Part shown: in pieces, positions 54,917-63,715 of the stretch | How positions within the stretch are numbered: the stretch's first letter is position 1 | Layout: every line of letters starts with the position of its first letter | NCBI GenBank assembly: GCA_035527935.1 | Contig: DATKZO010000048.1 | Location: 58,690-122,689 of the forward strand | Length of the DNA stretch: 64,000 bases | DNA from: Bacteroidales bacterium | GTDB lineage: Bacteria; Bacteroidota; Bacteroidia; Bacteroidales; VadinHA17 | Direction: 5' to 3' | Made by a program: the position numbers and the translations under genes | The notes under the pieces: generated by a model | What the model was told of the DNA's origin: nothing | What the model saw: only the letters and a program-made list of their open reading frames with translations | The model's database searches: none

Positions 54917-55555
54917 TCACCCTTTCTTCCTGATATACCTTACTACTATAAACAGGAACCTGATCAGGGATACTGCAAAAATTAAGATGAGAAATATTAC
55001 TGTCATTAATACCATTGAACTGTCAAGGTCAAACTGGTACTGGACCTGTTGAAATTTCCAATCCGGTTCCTCTTTTACCAGAACACCGCTAATCCTCAAT
55101 GGGACAACCAGATACCTGAAAAGATCGAATTCCACATATCCAATTGTCGAGAACCATGCTACATTCTCATATGATGATATATTGGAATTATTTATCAGCA
55201 GCTTAACATCTCCCCAGTATAACCAGTCGCTCTTTATCAGACTTTTGGCAGATGAGTGGTCTGTAAGATATTCAGAGGGCATTGTACCCAATATCAGAAT
55301 GTTCTCTTTTGAGAAGAGTTTATCCATATATTCGTCAAGATAATCTATCTCTCTTTTCGTGTAACCATCCTGGAAAAGTTGAAGCATCCTTAGGATTTCA
55401 CTCCTTACCTCTGGTGATGCATTTCCGCTTGTGTATATATATGATTCCCCATTCGCATAATACTCTTTGTGAGGTATCTTAAAAGTCTTTGTTAAGACAA
55501 TCAGTGTTAATGTTATCGCTGCCAAGGATAGCATGCTGACAAGGATTTTTTTCAT
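54917..55555 (-). CDS. Hypothetical membrane-anchored protein (N- and C-terminal TM helices)
   Basis: 212 aa. A central soluble domain is flanked by hydrophobic helices. I recognised no family. Confidence 0.5.
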   Translation of the reverse strand: MKKILVSMLSLAAITLTLIVLTKTFKIPHKEYYANGESYIYTSGNASPEVRSEILRMLQLFQDGYTKREIDYLDEYMDKLFSKENILILGTMPSEYLTDHSSAKSLIKSDWLYWGDVKLLINNSNISSYENVAWFSTIGYVEFDLFRYLVVPLRISGVLVKEEPDWKFQQVQYQFDLDSSMVLMTVIFLILIFAVSLIRFLFIVVRYIRKKG

Positions 55556-55670
55556 GTTGGGAGGTTTTTATGATTCAAATTTAATATCATATAAAAGACC
55601 GGCAAAAAAAATAATTGCTGTTATCCGAAAATTAAATAGAAAAATATTTGGCAATAAGAAAAATATAATT

Positions 55671-55678
55671 TAAGTTTG
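55671..55678 (+). promoter_or_regulatory. Candidate Bacteroidota -7 promoter box (TAAGTTTG)
   Basis: This matches TAnnTTTG 42 nt upstream of the ATG at 55720. Confidence 0.35.
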
Positions 55679-55719
55679 TACTGCAATCTATATTTTATTA
55701 ACATTTATATTACATTACC

Positions 55720-56361
55720 ATGAAAAGAAATATTACCTCTGCAAAGCTTGAGAAGGAAACCTTCCGCCTGTTTTACAAAGATGGGATTTTTGATCTTTCA
55801 TTTGGTTCCATGCTGATCATCTATACAATTAATATGTATATAGATATCAATGCTATAGGATCATCGCTGATTATGAACTTACTTATTCTACCTGTAATCA
55901 TAATCTTTGCACTGGTAAAAGGTTTTGTTACGACCAAGCGAATTGGATATGTTAAATTTATAAGGGGAAGGAACATCAAAATGCTCAAAACCTTTATTAT
56001 CGCAACAATTGCTCTTCTATTTACAACATTGATGTTTGTGCTTGCCGCATCCGGAAAGATCTCCGGTGACACTAAGAATTCTCCCCTTCCATTATTAATC
56101 GAGTTCATGTTTCTGGTCGGGGTTTTCAGCATACTCGCATATTATACCGATTATACCAATTTCTATATTGTGGGACTGGCAATGGCTATTGGATCTCCGC
56201 TTTCAATATATCTTGAACCGCTTCTTGGAACCAGATATTATGGTCTCGCTGTAATATTCATTGCCGGATGTTATCTGTTTATTAACGGCGTGGTTCAGTT
56301 TGCTACATTTTTCAATAAATTTCCAAGAGCAAATTATGATGAAAAAGGAATCCGCATTTAA
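55720..56361 (+). CDS. Hypothetical polytopic membrane protein
   Basis: 213 aa with about 6 TM helices. Its 3' end overlaps the next gene by 26 nt. Confidence 0.55.
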   Translation: MKRNITSAKLEKETFRLFYKDGIFDLSFGSMLIIYTINMYIDINAIGSSLIMNLLILPVIIIFALVKGFVTTKRIGYVKFIRGRNIKMLKTFIIATIALLFTTLMFVLAASGKISGDTKNSPLPLLIEFMFLVGVFSILAYYTDYTNFYIVGLAMAIGSPLSIYLEPLLGTRYYGLAVIFIAGCYLFINGVVQFATFFNKFPRANYDEKGIRI

Positions 56362-56650
56362 TAGTTACAAGGATATTAACAAGCTTATACATGAACCGGC
56401 AAGAACTGCCATCCTGATGTTACTTTCGGTAGTATCAGAAGCCGATTTCCTCTTCGTAATGAATAAGACAGGTCTCACACAGGGCAACCTTTCCTCCCAC
56501 CTGAACAAACTCGAAGAGGCAGGATTGGTGATTGTTACGAAAACCTTTAAAGGGAAAAGGCCAAATACAATATTAAAGATCTCTGAAAAAGGTATTGAAG
56601 AACTTGCTGGATATATCAAATCAATGAAATCAATGATTAACCATTTCTGA
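56336..56650 (+). CDS. Winged-helix transcriptional regulator (ArsR/MarR-like small wHTH)
   Basis: It starts MMKKESAFNSY (ATG at 56336). It has IHEPARTAILMLL...TGLTQGNLSSHLNKLEEAGLV, typical of a wHTH recognition region. Confidence 0.7.
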   Translation: MMKKESAFNSYKDINKLIHEPARTAILMLLSVVSEADFLFVMNKTGLTQGNLSSHLNKLEEAGLVIVTKTFKGKRPNTILKISEKGIEELAGYIKSMKSMINHF

Positions 56651-56799
56651 TAAAGTTTTCACATTATAGTTTAACCGGTTGGCTCTTCTGAAATTCTGAA
56701 ATATTAAAATTTTCATAAAATCCTTAATTATTTTCTTCATAAGACTCATTTATATTTACTTTATACAAGTTTTGAGGATTATTAACGTTTCAGTTCTTA

Positions 56800-57471
56800 G
56801 TGAGAGCCATAATATTTACTATACTGTTTCTGTTTTCCTTCTCAATATGCACAACCGCACAGGATACTCCTGGTCAAAAGTTTGTTCAGGTCGATGGGCT
56901 GGTGCTCGATGAGACAGGTTTGCCAGTGAGGTATGTGAACATTATTTCACGGTTCCTGAGAACTGGATCACAAACAGATATTGCAGGTATCTTTTCAATA
57001 ATAAGTACATCTGGTGATACACTTATATTTACTTCAATTGGCTTTAAACCTGCCTTTGTAAGGCTTCCTGACAACATAAGAGGCTCTAAATTTACGGTTG
57101 ATGTAACAATGGTAACCGATACCATTAATATTGGACCTGTTTTGGTTTTGCCATGGAAAACATATGAGGAATTCAAGAGAGCAGTTGTTGAATTTAATCC
57201 ACCCGAAGCAGAATTGATAGAAAATATGGAAATGAACCTTGCTATTATTGAGCAGCAGATTTATGCCGATACCAAAGCCACTCCCGGAACAGGATACAGG
57301 ATGGCAATGCAGCGTGAGTCTGAAAGGATTATAGCCCGCAATCAAACACCTGTCAACAATCTCTTCAACCCATTTGCCTGGGCTAAATTCATTGAAGGCA
57401 TAAAGAATGGATTATTAAAGAATAAGTCCTCGAAGAAAAAAGAGAAAAATAAAGAAGGAGAAAATAAGTAG
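56800..57471 (+). CDS. CarboxypepD_reg-like domain protein, secreted
   Basis: 223 aa with a GTG start and a signal peptide. It has VDGLVLDETGLPVRYVNII...TDIAGIFSI, typical of the carboxypeptidase regulatory-like fold, and a Lys-rich tail. Confidence 0.65.
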   Translation: MRAIIFTILFLFSFSICTTAQDTPGQKFVQVDGLVLDETGLPVRYVNIISRFLRTGSQTDIAGIFSIISTSGDTLIFTSIGFKPAFVRLPDNIRGSKFTVDVTMVTDTINIGPVLVLPWKTYEEFKRAVVEFNPPEAELIENMEMNLAIIEQQIYADTKATPGTGYRMAMQRESERIIARNQTPVNNLFNPFAWAKFIEGIKNGLLKNKSSKKKEKNKEGENK

Positions 57472-57493
57472 AATAACTGAAACAGGACATAAT

Positions 57494-59935
57494 TTGGACC
57501 TATTGGCCAGACCATCCAAAATATTACTTCCACTAATACTGCTTTCCCTGAGTTCGGCTCTTTTTTCCCAGCAGTTAAATACAATTATTTATGGAGAGGT
57601 TACCGATTCAACCAGCTTCCCGTTATCACTTGTAAATGTGACTATAAGAAATGAGTCCGGTGGAACATTTACAAATGAACAGGGGAAATTTGAACTGAGA
57701 ATCACAGCAGATAATCTGGAACATTACCTAATTATATCAATTATTGGTTATGTTACCAGACAGGTTCCTTTTAATGCAATCAATGATACTGTTAACTTTA
57801 GGATAGTCCTGGCTGAAGATGTTGCTCAGCTTGATGAGGTTTTTATCAGGGATGCAGGACGATTGGAGTCTCCCACAATGAGACAGGTCCCAATCAGGGA
57901 TATAAAACTGTTACCTTCCGCCTCAGGTAGTTTTGAAAATATACTTGTTACATTACCGGGTGTAACGAGACAGGATGAATTGTCGAGTCAATATTCAGTG
58001 CGGGGAGGCAATTATGATGAGAATCTGGTTTATGTAAACGATATTGAGATTTACCGGCCCCAGCTGATAAGATCAGGAAAGCAGGAAGGGCTCAGTTTTA
58101 TAAATCCGGATCTGACCGGATCTGTAAAATTTTCAGCCGGAGGCTTCAATGTTTCATATGGAGATAAAATGTCATCCGCTCTCGATATTACCTATATGGA
58201 TCCTCACCAGTTTTCAGGATCAGTCTCGGCTGGTCTCCTCACAAGCACAGCTCACATTGAAGGCACAGGTTTCAAAAACAGACTTTCCTATATTTCCGGT
58301 ATAAGGTATAAAACTAACAGACTGCTTCTCAGGTCACTTGATACAAAAGCCAATTATATTCCTGATTATTATGATATGCAAAGTCTTTTCCGCTTCAGGG
58401 CAGGAACAAATATTTCTGTTTCACTTCTAGCTACCTACAGCATCAACAGATATGGCTTTGTACCTAAGTCGCAACGAAGCAGCTTTGGAAATTTACTGGA
58501 AGCATATCAGATATTTGTCAGGTATGATGGTTCAGAAACAGACAGATACAGATCTTATAACATTGCATTAACCCTGGAGTATAGTCCTTCGACAGAATTT
58601 AGTAATAAGATTATTCTGCATAAGTACGAGACTCTGGAAAGTGAAAATTTTGATATCGTGGGCACTTACTCGCTAAATGCCCTTGATAAGGACCTTGGGT
58701 CAGAAAACCTGGGGGACAGCATTATAAACATTGGGACAGGAAGCTGGCTTGATCATGCCCGTAATTTATTAAAGGCTAACATTGTTGTTGCTTCCTACAG
58801 GGGAAGATGGCAGAATACAAATAATATATTGAGATGGGGAGGCAAGGTCTCAACAGAAGTGATAGATGACAGACTTAAGGAATGGAAACGGATCGATTCC
58901 GCAGGTTATACAATACCCTACTCCATTGAGCGTCTCATGATGACACGTTCTGTAGCCTCCTTCAATAGTCTGTCAGCATTCAGGGCCGATGCATATCTTT
59001 TGGAAGCTTATTCCTTATTATTTAATGAGAGCAGGTTACTGGTAACCGGAGGTATGAGGATTTCCTACTGGTCATTCAATGATGAAATCCTGTTCAGCCC
59101 CAGAGCGTCACTCAGGTGGTTCACTCCAATGCCGGGGATGGAATTATATATTGCTGCCGGCAAATATTATCAGTCGCCTTTCTACAGGGAAATGAGAGAT
59201 CAGGAGGGCTTACTAAATGAAAGCATCAAGTCTCAAAGATCATTTCATTATCTTGTAGGTTCAAGTTTTAATTTCAGTGCAGGGACGACTCCCTTTCTTC
59301 TTACCTGCGAAATGTACTTTAAGAAACTTGATGATCTTATCCCCTATAAATATGACAATGTCAGGATCATCTATTCAGCAACAAATAATGCCAGAGGTAC
59401 TGTCAAAGGAATTGACCTGAGATTGCATGGTGAGTTTGTCAAGAACGCAGAGTCCTGGATATCTATGTCATTAATGGAAGCCAGGCATGATATAATTGAT
59501 GATGACAAGCCCTCCTTCCCTGCTCCATCTGATGTCAGATTCAGTACTGATGTTTTCTTTCAGGATTATTTTCCCACAAACCCAAGTTTTCGTGCCCATA
59601 TTTATCTTCACTACAGCACTGGTATACCGGTAAGTTCACCCTATGAAGAGAGGTACGACAACTTTTACAGGATGCCTCCATACCGGCGTGTTGATATTGG
59701 TTTTACAAAAGTTCTTAAGGACAGGTACTCTATTCCCGGGAGCAAAGTATTATCAGGATTTGAAACAATAGTAGCAGGAATCGAGGTGTTCAACCTTCTT
59801 GATATAAATAATACGGTATCATATCACTGGCTTTCAACCGTAAATAACCTGGACGGAGAGGTCAGACAATTTGCAGTTCCAAATTACCTTACCGGGAGAA
59901 GTATAAATGTGAAGCTTTCATGCACATTCAGGTAG
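57494..59935 (+). CDS. TonB-dependent receptor family protein with N-terminal CarboxypepD_reg domain
   Basis: 813 aa with a TTG start. It has a signal peptide, then IYGEVTDSTSFPLSLVNVTI...TNEQGKFEL, a plug-like region (LPGVTRQDE...SVRGGNYDENLVYVNDIEIY) and a long beta-barrel. Confidence 0.8.
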   Translation: MDLLARPSKILLPLILLSLSSALFSQQLNTIIYGEVTDSTSFPLSLVNVTIRNESGGTFTNEQGKFELRITADNLEHYLIISIIGYVTRQVPFNAINDTVNFRIVLAEDVAQLDEVFIRDAGRLESPTMRQVPIRDIKLLPSASGSFENILVTLPGVTRQDELSSQYSVRGGNYDENLVYVNDIEIYRPQLIRSGKQEGLSFINPDLTGSVKFSAGGFNVSYGDKMSSALDITYMDPHQFSGSVSAGLLTSTAHIEGTGFKNRLSYISGIRYKTNRLLLRSLDTKANYIPDYYDMQSLFRFRAGTNISVSLLATYSINRYGFVPKSQRSSFGNLLEAYQIFVRYDGSETDRYRSYNIALTLEYSPSTEFSNKIILHKYETLESENFDIVGTYSLNALDKDLGSENLGDSIINIGTGSWLDHARNLLKANIVVASYRGRWQNTNNILRWGGKVSTEVIDDRLKEWKRIDSAGYTIPYSIERLMMTRSVASFNSLSAFRADAYLLEAYSLLFNESRLLVTGGMRISYWSFNDEILFSPRASLRWFTPMPGMELYIAAGKYYQSPFYREMRDQEGLLNESIKSQRSFHYLVGSSFNFSAGTTPFLLTCEMYFKKLDDLIPYKYDNVRIIYSATNNARGTVKGIDLRLHGEFVKNAESWISMSLMEARHDIIDDDKPSFPAPSDVRFSTDVFFQDYFPTNPSFRAHIYLHYSTGIPVSSPYEERYDNFYRMPPYRRVDIGFTKVLKDRYSIPGSKVLSGFETIVAGIEVFNLLDINNTVSYHWLSTVNNLDGEVRQFAVPNYLTGRSINVKLSCTFR

Positions 59936-59940
59936 CGTGG

Positions 59941-60186
59941 CTACAGCAGGAAGTGCTCCATGATAAAATAGATAAAAGGCAGGGATATTATGCTAAACAG
60001 TGTTGGAAGAAAGACATTTGATACAGCAAGCTGATCATCAACCCTGAACATCCTTGCCAATATCACAATATTGGCCGCACATGGCATTGAAGCCCCAATT
60101 ATTACAAGAATAGCCAGGAACGATATTTGTTCCAGTTTGATTGACTTATGAATCAAGTTATCAATTAATGTTATAGGTAAAAGCAA
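59941..60186 (-). pseudogene. AEC (auxin efflux carrier) family transporter, C-terminal fragment only
   Basis: The 81-codon frame (TTG start, TGA six codons upstream) reads ...ILVIIGASMPCAANIVILARMF..D..LAVSNVFLPTLFSIISLPFIYFIM. This matches the last 2-3 TM helices of the roughly 300-aa AEC permeases. Only about 100 bp remain upstream before the next gene. Confidence 0.5.
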
Positions 60187-60287
60187 GGATGGAAAGAATA
60201 TAATTCATAATTTCGCATATGTTATGAAGCTTCTTTTTCCGGAAAGTCCGACCTATTAAAGCGAAGGGTAAAGAGCAATTTTATGTA

Positions 60288-61022
60288 ATGCGCCGTTACG
60301 AGGGGAAAATAGCAGGAATTATTGGAACGATCATCATCCACTTGATCGGCGCTGTCATATTTATGTCCGTGAAGCTCACAAGTCTATATCAGGAGGACTA
60401 TACGGAATTCCTTGTTGAATTTGAGCCTGAGAGGGATTTTGTTGAGGAGGAACTAATTGATGCCCCCGTTACCCTTGAAGAGCTATTCGAGAACGATGAC
60501 AGGTTCAGGGACATTGTCAGGAATATTGCCACTCAGCCAGAGGCCCAGATCGACGTTGAAGACTATATTGACAGGGTTAAGGAGGAGATGATAGCAGCCG
60601 GTCAGCTTGGTGAAGATAATTTTATTGACCAACAGAAGAATGCTCTGAATGAGATGGGGGCTGGAGATACTGCCCTTGAATTTGAGAGGGAAATATCAGA
60701 CGATGAGGTGTCAGCAAATGAACTGGCGGCACAATACCAGGGCCCTACAAGAATCTATTATGACCTTGCCGGCAGGTACCATGTTGAGTTGCCAATCCCC
60801 ATATACAAATGTGAAGGATCTGGCATTGCTGTGGTGAACATTGAAGTGAATCAGAGAGGAAGGATAACAGATGCGAAAATTGATCCTTTAAGTTCATCTA
60901 CAAATGATCCGTGCCTGTTTGAAGCAGCTATCGGGGCAATTAACAGGACCAGATTTAATCCGGACTATAATGCTGCACCAAGACAATCAGGTACAATAAC
61001 CTATCATTTCGTAGCGCAGTGA
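60288..61022 (+). CDS. Putative TonB-like energy transducer (N-terminal TM anchor, acidic linker, TonB_C-like end)
   Basis: 244 aa. It has the anchor IAGIIGTIIIHLIGAVIFMSV, a Glu/Asp-rich middle, and a C-terminus GIAVVNIEVNQRGRITDAKI...AAIGAINRTRFNP resembling the TonB C-domain. Confidence 0.5.
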   Translation: MRRYEGKIAGIIGTIIIHLIGAVIFMSVKLTSLYQEDYTEFLVEFEPERDFVEEELIDAPVTLEELFENDDRFRDIVRNIATQPEAQIDVEDYIDRVKEEMIAAGQLGEDNFIDQQKNALNEMGAGDTALEFEREISDDEVSANELAAQYQGPTRIYYDLAGRYHVELPIPIYKCEGSGIAVVNIEVNQRGRITDAKIDPLSSSTNDPCLFEAAIGAINRTRFNPDYNAAPRQSGTITYHFVAQ

Positions 61023-61059
61023 TCCTGAAAAGTAGTTACAGGCGAGAGGGTCCGTTTTA

Positions 61060-61470
61060 CCTTAAGGCGTGATTTTCAACAAATGCCGGATCTTTGGCAG
61101 ACAGCGCTCAGGGTGAAAAATCGGCTAAAGGTCTATTCCCACGGCATACCCAATGCAGACCACACCGCCAGCAGAGACCACCTCTTCAACAGACTGTCTG
61201 AAGATACCGGGCAATCCCCAGGTGCAGGCACCTGGATATTAACATAATCATATTTACCAAGGCATTAACTAAAAAACCTTCATTATATCTCATTAAGATT
61301 ACTATCTCTTTCAAGAGAATATCAGTCATTTTTTGAGTTTAAATGGTATGATCACACCCATTGCCATCTATTAGCCTTGCATTCTCTGTTACAATGACTT
61401 TTTGATCAGGCCGGACAAGTAAAAAAGCCGGAAGCAACAGAAAGGAATGACTTTATATCACAAATTATTT
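61060..61470 (-). pseudogene. Possible decayed amidohydrolase-type gene remnant (multiple stops and frameshifts)
   Basis: Minus-strand frames give FLLLPAFLLVRPDQKVIVTENARLIDGNGCDHTI(stop), then TDILLKEIV..., then ...GLPGIFRQSVEEVVSAGGVVCIGYAVGIDL(stop). The first two resemble the N-terminus of metal-dependent amidohydrolases (ikNarliDG.G....dilI.dGkI). The segment 61030-61240 is conspicuously GC-richer than neighbouring spacers. Confidence 0.35.
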
Positions 61471-61565
61471 AGTAATAAATAGTTTGCAAAGTTCTTTTAC
61501 TCCCGGATTAAACTCTTCAGATACCATATGCACTAACTTTTGAAAAAGAGATGTGGACTATGTCT

Positions 61566-62294
61566 CTAAAACAGGGGTTGATCCTCAGGCGGTGTATATG
61601 GTTCAATAAGTTCAGGAATGTTACGGTTTACTCTGCTGTTTCCTATCAACGGGCTTATCTTATGTGCAGATAAAATATTATCAGGCAGTGGTCTCAGCAA
61701 GTTCGCAAGCTCCTCGGTTGAATCACTTTCAAGCCATTTATCCTCATTGTCTCTCGCAAGGATCATTGGCATCCTTTTTTTAGTATTATGTATCTCAGCC
61801 AGTAACTGGTTTGCGGCCGTCGTGATTATCGAAAATGTATAAATGTCATTTCCTTCTCCGGGCATCGACCACCTGTCATACAATCCGGCCAGTGACAACA
61901 CAGGCTCATCAGGATTATATATATACCACGGTTGCTTCCTGCCTGGGATATGCTGCCATTCAAAAAATCCGGAGACCGGAACTATGCACCTGCTTCGTTT
62001 AAAAGCTCTGGAAAATGATGGCTTTTCAGACAGGGTTTCTGCTTTGGCATTAAATGTCATATAGCGGATCCTATTTGCCTCTTCTTCTGATCTGACCCAT
62101 CCTGGTATAAGTCCCCATTTGAACAGACTTATGCTCTTTTCTTCACTTTTAGTTTTGTAAACCACAGGCATATCCGGCAGTGAATGAGCATGGTAATAAT
62201 AGCTTGGACGGTAGTTGTCGTGATCAATAAGGTCTGTTCCGTACCTGCGCTCAAGCTCTTCCTTAATAATATTTACGTTAACAGTAAAACACAT
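61566..62294 (-). CDS. SOS response-associated peptidase (SRAP/YedK family, abasic-site DNA-protein crosslink)
   Basis: I prefer the start MCFTVNV (ATG at 62294), which places the catalytic Cys at position 2 as in the family. It has FNAKAETL, SGFFEWQ and KRMPMIL motifs. Confidence 0.85.
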   Translation of the reverse strand: MCFTVNVNIIKEELERRYGTDLIDHDNYRPSYYYHAHSLPDMPVVYKTKSEEKSISLFKWGLIPGWVRSEEEANRIRYMTFNAKAETLSEKPSFSRAFKRSRCIVPVSGFFEWQHIPGRKQPWYIYNPDEPVLSLAGLYDRWSMPGEGNDIYTFSIITTAANQLLAEIHNTKKRMPMILARDNEDKWLESDSTEELANLLRPLPDNILSAHKISPLIGNSRVNRNIPELIEPYTPPEDQPLF

Positions 62295-62305
62295 TTTCCA
62301 GCATT

Positions 62306-63619
62306 TCATCTGATTGGCAATGAAGGTTCGATCGGGACCGGAAGAGAAAATTTAAACAGGTCTTCACCGATCCAATCTCTTGTCCCTGAAATAGCACGTG
62401 ACATCATCTTACTGATATCAGAAGGGAACATGGATTGTTTCCAGGTATTGGTATTGAAAAGTACCACCCATGCCGTTCCGTCAGGCTGGCGTCTCATCAT
62501 AGCCGAAGTTCCCGCAAATGAACCGGTCCTCCACCAGTATCCATTCTGAGTTGTTCCCTTCCAGCCTACCGGAGCAACACCATTCCCATGGCTGGTCATA
62601 TATCTGATCGACTCAGGAGACAGAATGTCTTCAGGCGAGTCAAATCCATCTATCGAAAGCATGAATCTTAACAGGTCAGGAGCAGTCCCAACCCAGGCCC
62701 CGGCACCTCCCAGTGCTTCAACATCATTACCCCCATTGGATGCCGCCACAAAATCCCTGCTATCGTAAACAGACCTGAGCGGAATGGCATTTGATGGTTC
62801 GAAATACATTACCTCAAGCGGGTCTTTCTGTTCATAAAGATTCTTCGCCAGTACAAAATCAAATAACCCAAGTGGCTCAAAAAGCTCCTTCCGGCAATAT
62901 TGATCATATGGCATCCCGGAGACCTCACTCACAACCAAACCCAGAACGGCGTAACCAAGATTCGAATAGGATCTGCCGGAACCAGGTGTAAAATGAAGTC
63001 TCTTATTTAAAGCAAATCTTACAATATCTTCAGTCGTAACAGGTGTCTCTTTTCCCAGTGAGGCAGCGACAACATGTGGCATAAACATATGATCTCCCCA
63101 TCTCGTAGTCCATCCACACTGATGGCTAAGTAAATGCTCAATCGTTATTGTATGCACTCTTTTATCCCTGGGATCTTCAAAGTATGCATAGTTTAATATC
63201 CCGTTCGGACCGAACACTTTATCATCAAGGCTTAGTTTCCCCTCCTCATACAGTTTCATAATAGCAGTGGCCGTGATCAGCTTTGATATGCTTGCCACCC
63301 TGAAGCGGTGATATGGTTCTACATTAATAATATTTTTGCTGTCAGGGGAGCCATATCCCCTGGCAAATACAAGCTTGCCATCCTTTGCTATAGCCACCGA
63401 AGCACCTTGAAGCTCCCATTTCCTGATGAAGTTATTGATGCTTCTGTCAAGGTATGAATAATTATCACCTGAGCATATTGAGTTTACAATCCGCGAATTC
63501 TCCGGGATCCTGAGAGTTCTTACACTTGTCACTCCACCAATGTAATCAGGATTGATATCAATAAATCCGATTATCAGAATCAGGAAAAGAGTCTTTAATC
63601 CCTTATCATTCATTTTCAA
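62306..63619 (-). CDS. Serine hydrolase, beta-lactamase/transpeptidase-like (class C/PBP4* type)
   Basis: 437 aa, with an SxxK motif in FRVASISKLITATAIMKL and a YSN motif (RSYSNLGY). Confidence 0.85.
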   Translation of the reverse strand: MKMNDKGLKTLFLILIIGFIDINPDYIGGVTSVRTLRIPENSRIVNSICSGDNYSYLDRSINNFIRKWELQGASVAIAKDGKLVFARGYGSPDSKNIINVEPYHRFRVASISKLITATAIMKLYEEGKLSLDDKVFGPNGILNYAYFEDPRDKRVHTITIEHLLSHQCGWTTRWGDHMFMPHVVAASLGKETPVTTEDIVRFALNKRLHFTPGSGRSYSNLGYAVLGLVVSEVSGMPYDQYCRKELFEPLGLFDFVLAKNLYEQKDPLEVMYFEPSNAIPLRSVYDSRDFVAASNGGNDVEALGGAGAWVGTAPDLLRFMLSIDGFDSPEDILSPESIRYMTSHGNGVAPVGWKGTTQNGYWWRTGSFAGTSAMMRRQPDGTAWVVLFNTNTWKQSMFPSDISKMMSRAISGTRDWIGEDLFKFSLPVPIEPSLPIR

Positions 63620-63651
63620 TTTTCTTCCTTACAAAAATAGGGATAACCAGC

Positions 63652-63691
63652 CACAAAATAAAAAATGCACTATAATTGTTCATAGTGCATT
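63652..63691 (-). terminator. Rho-independent terminator after the 63716-64000 gene
   Basis: On the minus strand, AATGCACTAT-gaacaatt-ATAGTGCATT (10-bp stem) is followed by TTTTTATTTTG. Confidence 0.8.
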
Positions 63692-63715
63692 AATTAGAGA
63701 TTTAAAAATCCCTGA

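Noticed and set aside
61098-61130. AGGGTGAAAAATCGG, resembling the GGTGAAAATCC core of cobalamin riboswitches.
   Set aside because: No preceding AGGGAA box, no GCCACTG B12 box and no downstream pairing partners are present on either strand.
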